Below, one piece after another: positions 39,165-49,995 of a stretch of 64,000 nt of DNA. Every line of letters starts with the position of its first letter. Position 1 is the first letter of the stretch. The notes beneath the pieces are model-generated. The model was not told the origin of the DNA. It did not search any database and saw only the letters and a program-made list of their open reading frames with translations. Position numbers and translations under genes: made by a program. The DNA is from Gammaproteobacteria bacterium (lineage in GTDB: Bacteria > Pseudomonadota > Gammaproteobacteria > UBA4575), in the NCBI GenBank assembly GCA_965222615.1, contig CBDCUI010000008.1:640001-704000 (forward strand), given 5' to 3'.

Positions 39165-39754
39165 AATAACAAATACTATACTCAAGACCAGCATGGGCTA
39201 TATGAGTTCTATGAATTGGGTGATTTTCCACTTCAATCTGGTGCTGTCTTAAAAAAATGCCCAGCTGGCCTATGTTATGCATGGAGAACTCAATGCAGTA
39301 AAAGATTATGCCATTTTATTCACAATCATGTTTTCTGGTACTTCCATGAACATGGAGTCCTATATTGGCAAGGGAAGGGCGCTAGATCCTGACAAATATT
39401 ACATCATTCTTCCAAACCAATTGGGAGGCGGTTTATCGACATCACCACATAATGTAGATGGATCCAAATGCCTTGCTAGTGCAAACGAAGAAATAGAAAG
39501 CTGGTGATGTTAGTATTCATACCAATGGGGATTTGGCTGCGACCCTTAAGCGAATCACGGCAAAGACGCGTGTAATTGCCTTCGAAGAAGACATGTTTGT
39601 ACCCGTTTGGGATTGTGAGTTTGAGCAGAAAATGACTAGTGATAGTCAACTCATTACTATGCCATCTCTAATGGGGCATTTCGCTATGCTTGGTTTATTT
39701 GAGAAAGATTTCCAATCAATTGATAAAAGTTTAAGCTTGCTACTAGGGTCTTAA
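39165..39754 (+). pseudogene. Homoserine acetyltransferase-like alpha/beta hydrolase pseudogene
   Basis: LGDFPLQSGAVL, frameshift in an A run, LAY..HGELN...LDPDKYYII.PNQLGGGLSTSP. The middle (catalytic Ser region) is missing; C-terminal ...GHFA fragment lies in another ORF. Confidence 0.75.
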
Positions 39755-39873
39755 ATCTAGCCATAGAAATAATTATGGGTTAAGCCAAGATGGTTGGGTC
39801 AGTTTCCGTTAATGAACCTGTATAATCCATAAAAATCTGGGTATCCGGTTTTGAGGGATATTAAAAAGTTATT

Positions 39874-40359
39874 ATGAGTGCACATTTTAAATGGTTCGGT
39901 AAGCGCGAATCGGTGGAAGAAGTAGAAGAAGGCAAGCTTTTAGCTCCTAAATTTGATGACGATGGTTTAATTCCAGCAGTTACCACAGATGCTGCGTCAG
40001 GTGAATTACTTATGCTAGGTTATATGAATGCCGAAGCCTTGGAGAAGACGATTGAAACCGGTGAAGCACACTATTGGAGTCGCAGCCGTCAATGTTTATG
40101 GCATAAAGGAGCAACCAGCGGCCTCATACAGAAAGTGGTTGAGTTACGGATCGATGATGATCAGGATGCAGTGTGGCTGCGAGTAGATGTGCAAGGTGAT
40201 GCTAGCTGTCATGTTGGCTATCGATCATGTTTTTACCGCGCGATTAAAACAGGAGATAAACCCAACGATGCTCCGATTGAGATGGAGTTTAAAGAGTATG
40301 ATAAAGTTTTTGATCCTAAAGAAATCTATGGTGATGCTCCCAATCCTACTAAATTATAA
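39874..40359 (+). CDS. hisI: Phosphoribosyl-AMP cyclohydrolase
   Basis: [32 protein letters not shown]. Confidence 0.93.
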   Translation: MSAHFKWFGKRESVEEVEEGKLLAPKFDDDGLIPAVTTDAASGELLMLGYMNAEALEKTIETGEAHYWSRSRQCLWHKGATSGLIQKVVELRIDDDQDAVWLRVDVQGDASCHVGYRSCFYRAIKTGDKPNDAPIEMEFKEYDKVFDPKEIYGDAPNPTKL

Positions 40360-40382
40360 ACTTATAACAAATTAATCTGTGA

Positions 40383-41459
40383 TTGATGGATAAAGTTCAA
40401 GCTCTATACGAATCTTGGGTCGCGTTTTTTGGCCCAAATCCTTATTTAAAGGCGCTTGGCATATTATTGATTTTTACGATCGCAGCGTTAATTTTTAATT
40501 TTATAGTTATTCGATTTCTGAAACGACTCACAGCAAAAACTTCATTTAAAAGTGATGATCATATTTTGCATCTTTTGCAGAAACCGTTGTTTGTCAGCCT
40601 AGTTGTTTTTGGTTTGGCACAGGCTACAAGGGTGCTGGAATTACCTGAGCATGTATTATTAATCACGATATCAGTGCTAAAGACCATAACTGTGTTTGTT
40701 TGGACATCGTTCGCAATAAAGTTTGCTAAATTTGTACTTAACCAATTAAGTGCTGATAAAGAAAAGATGCAGTTGATACAAAGAAGTACGTTGCCATTAT
40801 TTAATAATTTGGCGGTTATCATAATTGTTGCAGCTGCAATTTATTTTTTGTTTTTAGCCTGGAATATAGATGTTTCTGCTTGGCTTGCTTCGGCTGGCAT
40901 TATAGGGCTTGCATTGAGTTTTGCCGCAAAAGATACGTTGGCGAATTTGTTTGCAGGAGTGTTTATCATGGCAGATACTCCGTACAAAATAGGTGATTAT
41001 ATTGTGTTAGATTCTGGTGAGCGTGGTCGGGTGACACATATTGGAATACGCAGCACTCGGCTATTAACCAGAGATGATGTTGAGATTACTGTTCCCAATT
41101 CTGTTATGGGTAATGCCAAGATCACTAACGAAGCAGGTGGCCCTAATACAAAACACAGAATTCGAGTCAAAGTAGGTGTGGCCTACGGAAGTGATATTGA
41201 TCAAGTTCGTGAAATACTAGAACGAATTGCAGCGGATAATCAGCAAGTGTGTGAAACTCCGGAGCCTAGAGTGCGGTTTCGTAATTTCGGAAATTCAAGT
41301 TTAGATTTTGAATTGCTTTGTTGGGTAGATATGCCTGTACTACGCGGACAAGTATTAGATAAGTTATATACGGAAGTTTACAAAGAGTTCACGAAATTAG
41401 GCATTGAGATCCCATATTCAAAACATGATGTCTATGTCAAGAGTATGCCTTCTGGATGA
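40383..41459 (+). CDS. MscS-family mechanosensitive channel
   Basis: FAAKDTLANLFAG, PYKIGD, IGIRST, VPNS, GVAYGSD, GIEIPY. Confidence 0.92.
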   Translation: MMDKVQALYESWVAFFGPNPYLKALGILLIFTIAALIFNFIVIRFLKRLTAKTSFKSDDHILHLLQKPLFVSLVVFGLAQATRVLELPEHVLLITISVLKTITVFVWTSFAIKFAKFVLNQLSADKEKMQLIQRSTLPLFNNLAVIIIVAAAIYFLFLAWNIDVSAWLASAGIIGLALSFAAKDTLANLFAGVFIMADTPYKIGDYIVLDSGERGRVTHIGIRSTRLLTRDDVEITVPNSVMGNAKITNEAGGPNTKHRIRVKVGVAYGSDIDQVREILERIAADNQQVCETPEPRVRFRNFGNSSLDFELLCWVDMPVLRGQVLDKLYTEVYKEFTKLGIEIPYSKHDVYVKSMPSG

Positions 41460-41559
41460 AGGCTAACTGTAGTATTGTTTTCAACTATTAGTACTATAGT
41501 CCTACATTATAGAATTACTTATATTTTAATCTTGAGTATAAAATAATTAATAAACAAGT

Positions 41560-41742
41560 ATGTCGATAAAAACCAAGTCAGCTACTGTTGTACAAATTGA
41601 TGCAAATGATAAAGAAGTGGCATGCGATGGAGGTGGTGGAGCTTTAGGCCATCCACTTGTGTATCTACCTGTTGAAAGTAAATCACATGTAGTATGTTAT
41701 TACTGTGGCCGTCGTTTTGAAAAAAAGCAGATTAAATCTTGA
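41560..41742 (+). CDS. zf-CHCC zinc-finger protein
   Basis: VACDGGGGALGHPLVY...CYYC. Confidence 0.85.
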   Translation: MSIKTKSATVVQIDANDKEVACDGGGGALGHPLVYLPVESKSHVVCYYCGRRFEKKQIKS

Positions 41743-41933
41743 TAATAATTAACTAGTTAGAGCTGTAAAAATTTGTTTGTGATAACGTTGGTTATTTACA
41801 GAATGATTGGCCATATAAGTTAGATTTTTAGCCTTTCCGATTTCAATGTGTTCCTGTAAATTTACCGGCTCATTCAAATCTTTCATTAGATGGAACTATC
41901 TTCAATTAAAAACCTAACTTTAGAGGGGTTTAT

Positions 41934-42326
41934 ATGTCGTCGGAAAAAATCAGTGTAATGGTTACATCGGGTAATCGAGAACAATTGCAAATGGCTGCCA
42001 TGGTGGCATCGGTTGGGGCTGTGAGTGGCAATGATGTAACAGTTTTCTTATCCATGAATGCCTTAAAGTTTTTCGTAAAAGATGAGGATGAGAAGCCGCC
42101 GGCAGAAGGTGAAATGGGCAAACTATTAGAAGAAAAAAATGCCCCAGAATTTAAAGAACTATTTTCACAAGCTGTAGAGTACGGAGACGCAAAAATTTTC
42201 CCCTGCTCTTTGGCAGTAGATATACTTGGTGTAAGTCAAGATGATTTAGAAGGATACATTTCAGATCCTATAGGTCTAACAACATTCTTAAGTGATGCAG
42301 CAGATGGCCAAGTTTGGCATTTTTAA
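41934..42326 (+). CDS. DsrE/DsrF/DrsH-like sulfur-relay protein
   Basis: VTVFLSMNAL, GDAKIFPCSLA with conserved Cys, IGLTTFL. Confidence 0.8.
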   Translation: MSSEKISVMVTSGNREQLQMAAMVASVGAVSGNDVTVFLSMNALKFFVKDEDEKPPAEGEMGKLLEEKNAPEFKELFSQAVEYGDAKIFPCSLAVDILGVSQDDLEGYISDPIGLTTFLSDAADGQVWHF

Positions 42327-42347
42327 GTCTTAGTCAAGGAGAAAGAC

Positions 42348-42578
42348 GTGGCAGAAAGAAAATTAGTTGATGCAAAAAATACATTTTGTCCTGGACCATT
42401 AATGGAGCTCATTGGGCAAATGAAATTAGCTGAAGTTGGTGATGAATTGGAAGTATTGTCCACTGATCAAGGTTCTGCTAATGACATACCTGAATGGATT
42501 AATAAAGTTGGACATGAATTATTAGAAAGTTTTGAAGACGATGGGGTGTGGCACATCATTGTCAAAAAAACAAAATAA
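42348..42578 (+). CDS. tusA: TusA-family sulfur carrier
   Basis: DAKNTFCPGP, GDELEVLSTD, DIPEW. Confidence 0.88.
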   Translation: MAERKLVDAKNTFCPGPLMELIGQMKLAEVGDELEVLSTDQGSANDIPEWINKVGHELLESFEDDGVWHIIVKKTK

Positions 42579-42632
42579 TTTCTAACTAAATAAACTTTAG
42601 ATAAAAATACTTAAAAGAATAGAGAGGTAACA

Positions 42633-43760
42633 ATGAAAATTTTAATTGTTGGTGGAGGAATGGGTGGTACCATACTGGCGAATAATTTGGCTAGACGCCT
42701 AGATAGTGAGCTAAAGACTGGAAAAGCCAGTATCACGATGTTGTCAGCATCTGACAAGCATATGTATCAGCCGGGCTTATTATACGTTGCGGTAGGTAAG
42801 TTGACCCCAGATGAGTTATACCGAGATCAAATTAGTTTGCTAGAGCCCAGTATTAATTTTCGCGTGGATCCAGTTAAGACATTTAATCTCAAAGAGAATA
42901 ATGTAATTACCGAAAGTGGTAAACAATATGACTATGACATTATTGTTGTTGCAACTGGTTCACGCGGTCATGCCGAAGGTACACCCGGATTAGCTGAGCA
43001 TGCGCTACAGTTTTATACAGAAGCCGATGCGCTGAATATGTATAAGAGTTTGCAAGCATTTGAGGGTGGTAAAGTCGTGGTTGCAGTGGGTGTTCCACAC
43101 AAATGTCCCATGGCTCCACTTGAGATAACTTTTATGCTCATCGATTACTTTAAAGAGCGCGGAATCTGGGACAAAGTACAAATGCACTATACCTATCCAA
43201 TTGGACGAGTGCATAGTTTAGAACCTGTAGCCAACTGGGCGGCTCCAGAGTTTGATCGCTTAGGAGTTACTTACGAAACGCTGTTTAATATGAAAGAAGT
43301 GACTGCCGACAAAGTCTTAAGCGAAGAAGGAACGGAAGCAGATTATGATTTATTAGTTACAATACCTTCACACAAAGGCATGCAAGTAATTGAAGACAAT
43401 GATTTAGGTGCTGGAGGATTTATCCCAACAGACCGCCAGCGCTTAAACATCGAGGGTCATGAAAATGCATTTGTGATTGGCGATACGACTAACTTACCAA
43501 TCAGTAAAGCCGGGTCTACAGCACACTTTGAAGCAGAAGCCCTAGCTGAAAACATTGCCTCGACAATTAAAATTGGCACACCTGTGCGTGACTATGATGG
43601 CAAAGTTTTTTGTTTTATTGAGGCAGGTGAGGGTAAGGCTACATACGCCATGTTTAACTATCAAAATCCACCCGATCCAAAACCTCCAACCAAAGGCATT
43701 CATTGGTTTAAAACAGCCTACAATAAAATGTATTGGGCCAGTGCACGCGGGTTGTTATAA
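42633..43760 (+). CDS. Sulfide:quinone oxidoreductase-like flavoprotein (type III-like)
   Basis: GGGMGG FAD motif; YQPGLLY, HKCPMAPLE, IGDTT, SKAGS.AH, YDGKVFCF (two catalytic-position Cys). Confidence 0.82.
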   Translation: MKILIVGGGMGGTILANNLARRLDSELKTGKASITMLSASDKHMYQPGLLYVAVGKLTPDELYRDQISLLEPSINFRVDPVKTFNLKENNVITESGKQYDYDIIVVATGSRGHAEGTPGLAEHALQFYTEADALNMYKSLQAFEGGKVVVAVGVPHKCPMAPLEITFMLIDYFKERGIWDKVQMHYTYPIGRVHSLEPVANWAAPEFDRLGVTYETLFNMKEVTADKVLSEEGTEADYDLLVTIPSHKGMQVIEDNDLGAGGFIPTDRQRLNIEGHENAFVIGDTTNLPISKAGSTAHFEAEALAENIASTIKIGTPVRDYDGKVFCFIEAGEGKATYAMFNYQNPPDPKPPTKGIHWFKTAYNKMYWASARGLL

Positions 43761-43772
43761 AAGGATAAAAAT

Positions 43773-44306
43773 ATGAGCGAATTACAATCAATGCAAACTG
43801 AGGCTGAACGTATTTTTGAAAGTGCTGCGGATGCCTTATCCGATGATATTGTCGGCAGACTGGGTACCACCATGAATGATGGCCTACTGCTTTTGGATCA
43901 AGTTAGTCGAAGTAACTTAGACAAAGCCATTCCCATGATCAATCAGATGGTTGAAAGTGGTGACTTGGAGCGAGTTGTAAATCTTGTCCGAGTACTTGGT
44001 TCTGCTGGCGATGCTTTGAGTGATGACATAGTGGGTCGTCTGAGTGAAATGGTGAGCCAATTATTATGTATTGCAGATCGCATTTCGCGTAATGAGAACT
44101 TACATAAATTATTAGATTTGTTAGAACGCGAGCATATGGTTGATATGTTGGCGAGTATGGCAGAAGCAGCCGCAAGTGCAAAAGCGAGTCATGAGGTTCA
44201 ATCATCTGGAGGTATTGGCGGATTACTAAAAACCGTGAAAGACCCTGAAGTGCAACAAGCTTTACAGTTTATGACTAAATTCAGCACTGCACTTAAGAAT
44301 AGCTAG
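43773..44306 (+). CDS. DUF1641-like helical protein
   Basis: Internal repeat DALSDDIVGRL (twice); C-terminal GIGGLLKTVKDPEVQQAL. Confidence 0.72.
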   Translation: MSELQSMQTEAERIFESAADALSDDIVGRLGTTMNDGLLLLDQVSRSNLDKAIPMINQMVESGDLERVVNLVRVLGSAGDALSDDIVGRLSEMVSQLLCIADRISRNENLHKLLDLLEREHMVDMLASMAEAAASAKASHEVQSSGGIGGLLKTVKDPEVQQALQFMTKFSTALKNS

Positions 44307-44380
44307 TAAAAAATAGCTAAAACAAAAAACTTAGTGTAAGAGCCTCAAGCCGAAGAATGTCACCTTCGGTTAAGGATTTA

Positions 44381-45049
44381 TTAATACTTGCTAGAATAAT
44401 TTAGATCATCGATCCGCGATATCTTTGCGCGTTGGTTTAATCGATAGAACCTGCGTAATTCATTGTGCAAGCATCTAGTGGTCTTGTGTTGCATAGCCAT
44501 TAGGTTTTGGCAGTATAGTGAAGCGTAGGCATTCGCTTTTTGATAACGTGTCAAATGGTCTCTTGCTAAATTTTTCTTGTATTTAGGCTGCGAAAATAAT
44601 AATGACCACACTTCTTGCATCGAAGCGTTATCTTTTTCTAAGCCAATTACAGCAGTAGTGCTAACAAACTTATCGACTTCTGCTTGCAGTTCAAGTTCCA
44701 GTTGTGAAACTGGGCGATCGTAATTGGCATTCCAAACTAAATATAAAAAGTGACTTACACCTTCCAATGCAACCCAAAAATCATGTAAATCCTTTTTGCT
44801 AGTATTTGGTGATGGGTAATCCTCACCAAGTCGTTTGATGAGATCTAAGTCCAAATAAAGTGAAATATCTAAGCAGTTGTCCTGCGGTGATACCAGTAAC
44901 TGTTCTAACACATCCTCATCGATAGAGCTGTTGAGGAGTAGATTGGCCATTTGCTTATCAGTAATCAAGAAATCATCCACATTCTGCGGCACAGAAATTT
45001 CATAAATCGATTCAAGATTTTTTTGTATGCTGGAAAGCAAATTAGACAT
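44381..45049 (-). CDS. Conserved hypothetical protein with zincin-like motif
   Basis: LEGVSHFLYL...ELELQAEVDKF; ELRRFYR. Confidence 0.7.
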   Translation of the reverse strand: MSNLLSSIQKNLESIYEISVPQNVDDFLITDKQMANLLLNSSIDEDVLEQLLVSPQDNCLDISLYLDLDLIKRLGEDYPSPNTSKKDLHDFWVALEGVSHFLYLVWNANYDRPVSQLELELQAEVDKFVSTTAVIGLEKDNASMQEVWSLLFSQPKYKKNLARDHLTRYQKANAYASLYCQNLMAMQHKTTRCLHNELRRFYRLNQRAKISRIDDLNYSSKY

Positions 45050-45065
45050 CAGCGTATAAGCAAGT

Positions 45066-45671
45066 TTATTGTCGCAACATACTTGTAGTATGTCCTATGG
45101 GTTGTACGCCAGACTCAATTAATATTTTATGAGCGCGTTTACTTCCAGTGCGTAGCCAAATCTCATAGGTGCGCAATAAATTTTTATTTAATTGGTTTTG
45201 ATTTTCATTGATGTCAGATAAAACATCAGCAAAATCGACAAACTTATTGGCAAGCTCATAGAAAACTTCATTGAGGGATGAATCATATATATTTATAGTG
45301 TTGCTTTCTGAAAGATGACTGTATGCAGAGCCGCCCATGGCAACATAGTAATCAACATCAACGGCTTTAGTGTTTAAACTGTCAGCAAATATGCCGCAAA
45401 TAAAGAGTGTGATATCACCCAAACGCCGCAATGCTAAATCACGTTCGTGTTTGGTATCAGAATTAAGTGCGTCAGAATAGTGCAGCGCTAATGGTTTATG
45501 TGGTGATCTTCCTTCACAAACATCTACAAAGTTCTCAGAGCGTGAAAAGTTATTGAGCAAATTGGCAAGGTAAATAATGGTGTAGTCTGTAGCTTGTACA
45601 TTATGTTTGCGCAGAGAGCTGTGCAAATAATCATGGAAGTAATTTTGTAAACTTTCCTGTTTGACAAGCAT
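45066..45671 (-). CDS. Conserved hypothetical protein
   Basis: YLANLL, LRRLGDITLFICG.F, VDVDYYVAMGGSAY, LRTYEIWLRTGS. Confidence 0.72.
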   Translation of the reverse strand: MLVKQESLQNYFHDYLHSSLRKHNVQATDYTIIYLANLLNNFSRSENFVDVCEGRSPHKPLALHYSDALNSDTKHERDLALRRLGDITLFICGIFADSLNTKAVDVDYYVAMGGSAYSHLSESNTINIYDSSLNEVFYELANKFVDFADVLSDINENQNQLNKNLLRTYEIWLRTGSKRAHKILIESGVQPIGHTTSMLRQ

Positions 45672-45875
45672 TAGAAAATCCTTGTATTACTTGTATATGA
45701 TTTTTACCTCATTTACACATATGAATTCAATTAATAATGGATTGACGGTTATACCATTTATCAGGTTAATATCACCAAACTGGCTCAAAAATACGAGTAG
45801 TTCACATTTAATACTCAGAAAGTAAAAAGATAACTAAGTTCAGTCTTAACGATTAATTTTGAACTTGAATATATA

Positions 45876-45902
45876 TAAGCACTCGTCAGGTAAGAGTGCT
45901 AA
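45876..45902. promoter_or_regulatory. CIRCE element (HrcA operator)
   Basis: TAAGCACTC-N9-GAGTGCTAA, one mismatch from TTAGCACTC-N9-GAGTGCTAA. Confidence 0.82.
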
Positions 45903-45927
45903 CTTGGTTGCAAGGTTAGCTGTATAA

Positions 45928-46058
45928 CTATTTTTTATTTAGATTTTCAATTTTTGTCCGAGAGTTTTATAGGATATTTATTTCTTATGCATTTTTTCAA
46001 TTTTTGCCCGAGAGCTCGCAAGCTATTTATCTCTTACGTGCTTTTTCAATTTTTGCCC
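45928..46058 (-). repeat. Three ~50-bp tandem copies of the glnS 3' end
   Basis: TTTTCAATTTTTG(T/C)CC occurs three times at ~50-bp period, each ending in a minus-strand stop codon. Confidence 0.7.
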
Positions 46059-47703
46059 ATGTATCGCGTAATGTCGCAATTCGATTAAAGACAAGGTTTT
46101 CATCACTACTGTGATGCAGGTCTAAACAAAAATACCCTTGACGTTCAAATTGAATACGGTCATTCACTGTGAGTGATTTTGCGTGTGGTTCGATTTTAGA
46201 ATCTTTATGAATGACTAGTGATTTATCGTTTAATGTAGACGGAAAATCTTCATGCGCAGCAGGGTCGGGCACATTAAATAAACGGTCATAAAGTCTGGCT
46301 TCCACATTTACTGCATGTTTTGCAGAGACCCAGTGAATAATTCCTTTGAGTTTCTTTTTATTACTGCCTTTGCTGTCTGGATCATATTGGCAACGCAACT
46401 CAGTTATTTCTCCAGCATTATTTTTAATTACCTCGATACATTTAATATCATAGGCATTACGAAGACGCACTTCTTTACCTGGCGAAAGTCGAAAAAACTT
46501 CTTAGGTGGGTCTTGCATAAAATCGTCACGCTCAATAAATATAGTGTTTGAAAAAGGAATTTTACGGGTTCCAAAACTTGGGTCCTTAGGATGATTGTTA
46601 ACGCTAAATTCTTCTTCTTGATCAGTCGGATAGTTTTCAATGGTAACTTTGAGAGGATTTAATACACACATCATTCTTGGTGCGTGTGGTTCTAGTTCTT
46701 CACGGATGCAATTTTCCAGTACTCCCATTTCAATGAAGGCATCTTTTTTAGTGATGCCAATGCGATCACAAAACATTCGAATCGCTTCAGGCGTAATACC
46801 TCTACGCCGCATACCTGAAATTGTCGGCATGCGTGGGTCATCCCAGCCATCGACATGGCCGCCCTCGACCAGCAGATTTAATTTACGTTTACTAGTTATG
46901 GTGTACTCAACTGAAAGTCTCGCAAACTCTATTTGCTGCGGGTGACAGGGCGTTTTTAATTCGTCCAGAACCCAGTCATATAAAGGTCGATGATCTTCAA
47001 ATTCTAAAGTGCATAAGGAATGTGTAATTTGCTCTATAGCGTCAGAGATGCAATGAGTGTAATCATACATAGGATAGATACACCATTTATCATCAGTGCG
47101 TGGATGTGTTGCATATTTAATACGATAAATTACGGGATCACGCATATTGATGTTTGGTGAAGTCATATCGATTTTGGCGCGCAATACATGTTCGCCTTCC
47201 TTAAATTCTCCTGCACGCATGCGTTCAAACAATTCAAGATTCTCTTCAACTGTGCGGTCTCGATAAGGACTTTCTTTACCTGGCTCAGTTAAAGTGCCAC
47301 GCTGTTGTCGAATTTCCTCCGTACTCAAACTGCAAACATAGGCTTTTTCAGAGCGAATGAGTTGTAGAGCATATTCATATAGTTGTTCAAAATAATCAGA
47401 AGCATATTTAAGTCTTGCCCAATTAAAACCTAACCAAGCAACATCTTCTCGAATGGCATCAATATATTCCTGACTTTCTTTTTCAGGATTTGTGTCATCA
47501 AAGCGTAAATTACATTCGCCGTTATAATCTTCTGCTATACCGAAGTTCAAACAGATCGATTTTGCATGGCCGATATGTAAATAACCATTTGGCTCGGGGG
47601 GGAATCGAGTAACAACTTTGCCATTATTTTTTCCATTTGCTAAATCTTGATCAATAATTTGGCGTATAAAATTAGATGGTTGTTCTGAAGTCGTATTACT
47701 CAT
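46027..47703 (-). CDS. glnS: Glutamine--tRNA ligase
   Basis: [40 protein letters not shown]. Confidence 0.97.
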   Translation of the reverse strand: MSNTTSEQPSNFIRQIIDQDLANGKNNGKVVTRFPPEPNGYLHIGHAKSICLNFGIAEDYNGECNLRFDDTNPEKESQEYIDAIREDVAWLGFNWARLKYASDYFEQLYEYALQLIRSEKAYVCSLSTEEIRQQRGTLTEPGKESPYRDRTVEENLELFERMRAGEFKEGEHVLRAKIDMTSPNINMRDPVIYRIKYATHPRTDDKWCIYPMYDYTHCISDAIEQITHSLCTLEFEDHRPLYDWVLDELKTPCHPQQIEFARLSVEYTITSKRKLNLLVEGGHVDGWDDPRMPTISGMRRRGITPEAIRMFCDRIGITKKDAFIEMGVLENCIREELEPHAPRMMCVLNPLKVTIENYPTDQEEEFSVNNHPKDPSFGTRKIPFSNTIFIERDDFMQDPPKKFFRLSPGKEVRLRNAYDIKCIEVIKNNAGEITELRCQYDPDSKGSNKKKLKGIIHWVSAKHAVNVEARLYDRLFNVPDPAAHEDFPSTLNDKSLVIHKDSKIEPHAKSLTVNDRIQFERQGYFCLDLHHSSDENLVFNRIATLRDTWAKIEKARKR

Positions 47704-47776
47704 TTAATGAATTGTTTAATGTAGAATGTTAAATTAGTGCAATATAAGTACTAATATATTTTATACAAGAAATTGG

Positions 47777-48331
47777 GTGACTAAATTGAATCCTCTAATA
47801 AGAAAAATATTAATCATAGCAGCACCTCTCATCCTAAAAAAACTCTTTCGCGGTAGGGGTGGAAAAAGCATCTTTAAGTTTGTTGGCTTATTTTTATTGG
47901 CAATAATTTTTCTAATCTGGTTATTGTCAAGAATTGAGTTCGCACCACCATTTCAAGATTCTGATGTACCAGTATCGGAAAGTAAAGAAAGCCGCCAAGC
48001 TGAATCTCCTGATATTCGCACTTTATTTGAAGAACAGCGGTCTGGAGTTATGGTTGCAGCTGAAGGCAATGTTACACGAATTTTGTCGGATGATAACGAA
48101 GGGTCCAGGCATCAGCGTTTTATTATCTCGGTACCAAATGAGCTATCTCTATTAATTACCCATAATATCGATTTGGCACCCCGCGTTCCTATACAAGTTA
48201 ACGATCAGATTTCAATTTATGGGCAGTATGAGTGGAATAACAAAGGTGGTTTAATTCACTGGACTCACCACGACCCAAAAAACCTACGTCCAGGAGGATG
48301 GATCAAACATAAAAATAAAAAATACGAATAA
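47777..48331 (+). CDS. DUF3465 domain protein
   Basis: DDNEGSRHQRFI, HNIDLAPR, GQYEWN..GG.IHWTHHDP. Confidence 0.85.
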   Translation: MTKLNPLIRKILIIAAPLILKKLFRGRGGKSIFKFVGLFLLAIIFLIWLLSRIEFAPPFQDSDVPVSESKESRQAESPDIRTLFEEQRSGVMVAAEGNVTRILSDDNEGSRHQRFIISVPNELSLLITHNIDLAPRVPIQVNDQISIYGQYEWNNKGGLIHWTHHDPKNLRPGGWIKHKNKKYE

Positions 48332-48334
48332 GTA

Positions 48335-49039
48335 CTATGAAGGGTTTGCATTTGCACTCAAGTATTTATTATAACGTACTAGAACTTTTTTAACATAGCT
48401 TTTCGTTTCAGCATAAGGTGGAATACCACCGTATTTTTCCACCGCAAGTGGTCCAGCATTATATGCTGCAAGTGCTAACTCAGTATTATTATTAAAACGC
48501 GCTAGCATTTTACTAAAATAAAGAATACCGCCACGAATATTATCATTTGCATTAAATACATTGTGTACACCCAGCTTTTTAGCTGTAGAAGGCATGAGTT
48601 GCATCAGACCTTTTGCGCCTACGGAAGATATGGCACGACGATCAAAACAAGATTCCACTGCAATAATGGCTTTTACTAACTTTGGATCAACTTCATAGGC
48701 CTTGGCATAAGTGGTAATTGTTGGCATATAGTCTGCAGCACGTTTTTCTAATTTTGTTGGTGTCATATTTCTACATGAGACAACTGCAGTTGGCCTGCCA
48801 ATAGTTGCCATTAATGTGTATTTTTCATTAGGCATTTTTCTATCTGTGATCCAGCTAGTGCCATCTTTTTCTTTATATACGTAAAATTCCGCGTGAATTT
48901 GCAGCGGCATAAAACTGAATGCAAGGCACATCCAAACTAGAAAAGTAATAAAAAGGTTATAATATGTACGGTTCATCCTGGTATTGAGAGGAACTAATTG
49001 AAAACGATTGTATCGAATTAGCGTTTTCTGATTTTTCAT
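48335..49039 (-). CDS. Lytic transglycosylase (SLT domain)
   Basis: AIIAVES, AISSVGAKGLMQLMP, ALAAYNAG, PPYAET..YV. True start may be downstream. Confidence 0.9.
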   Translation of the reverse strand: MKNQKTLIRYNRFQLVPLNTRMNRTYYNLFITFLVWMCLAFSFMPLQIHAEFYVYKEKDGTSWITDRKMPNEKYTLMATIGRPTAVVSCRNMTPTKLEKRAADYMPTITTYAKAYEVDPKLVKAIIAVESCFDRRAISSVGAKGLMQLMPSTAKKLGVHNVFNANDNIRGGILYFSKMLARFNNNTELALAAYNAGPLAVEKYGGIPPYAETKSYVKKVLVRYNKYLSANANPS

Positions 49040-49158
49040 TCTATTCCTTGAATCTTGCCATTTATCTACTAGATTAGTCTAAAGTCATTGTGAATTAAAC
49101 ACTAATACTAACTGGATACCAGAATAATTGACATATTATTAGAAACCAAGCCATAAAA

Positions 49159-49995
49159 ATGAAGATTTTGGAGCCTCAAACCAATACAAGCAAAGCTTTT
49201 TCATTACCTCTGGATGTAGATGATATAAAAGAAAACTTAAGCAACTTAAATATTGACTATATAAGAAATATTGAGGTTTTGCAGAGCACAACTTCAACTA
49301 ACGACTATTTGCTACAAAAAAAATATGTCGAACAAAGTGAAATTGCCGTTTGTGTTGCAGAAGAACAGACATGTGGCCGGGGTCGTTTTGGTCATCAATG
49401 GCAATCGCCAAAAGGAGTGAATGTATACCTTTCATTACTGTGGCCAGTAATGGAATGGTATCAACGTTATGAAATTCTTGGTTTGCATTTATTGACTTCG
49501 ATGGCAAAGATGTTTGAGCAGTTAGAAATTTCCAATATACAATTAAAATGGCCAAATGATCTATGTATTAACGAAAAAAAATTAGGGGGAATATTGATAG
49601 AACGCAAGTCATTTCAGTCAATACATAATTTAATTATTGGAGTGGGTATCAATGTTACGATGTCTTCTGTTGCGCCAATTCGAATAGAAACACCCTGGAT
49701 CGATTTAATATCCATTCATCCAGATTGGCAAATGTCGAGAAACGAGTTGACCGCACGAATTGTTTCAGTAGTAGCTGAAACACTATCTAAATTAGAAAAC
49801 GACGATCAAGTGGATTTAACTTCAATATGGCAACGTTATGATCTACTGTATCAACGTAAAATCGAGTTCACGCATGATGAGCAACGTAAAACCGGAGTGG
49901 CACAAGGTATAGATAAGGAAGGGAAAATTATTATAGAGATGGAGGGAAGACGATTTCATCTGCATAGTGCACATCTAAGTGATATAACGTTATGA
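49159..49995 (+). CDS. birA: Biotin--[acetyl-CoA-carboxylase] ligase
   Basis: STNDY, EEQTCGRGRFGHQW, KWPND, KLGGILIE. Confidence 0.93.
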   Translation: MKILEPQTNTSKAFSLPLDVDDIKENLSNLNIDYIRNIEVLQSTTSTNDYLLQKKYVEQSEIAVCVAEEQTCGRGRFGHQWQSPKGVNVYLSLLWPVMEWYQRYEILGLHLLTSMAKMFEQLEISNIQLKWPNDLCINEKKLGGILIERKSFQSIHNLIIGVGINVTMSSVAPIRIETPWIDLISIHPDWQMSRNELTARIVSVVAETLSKLENDDQVDLTSIWQRYDLLYQRKIEFTHDEQRKTGVAQGIDKEGKIIIEMEGRRFHLHSAHLSDITL

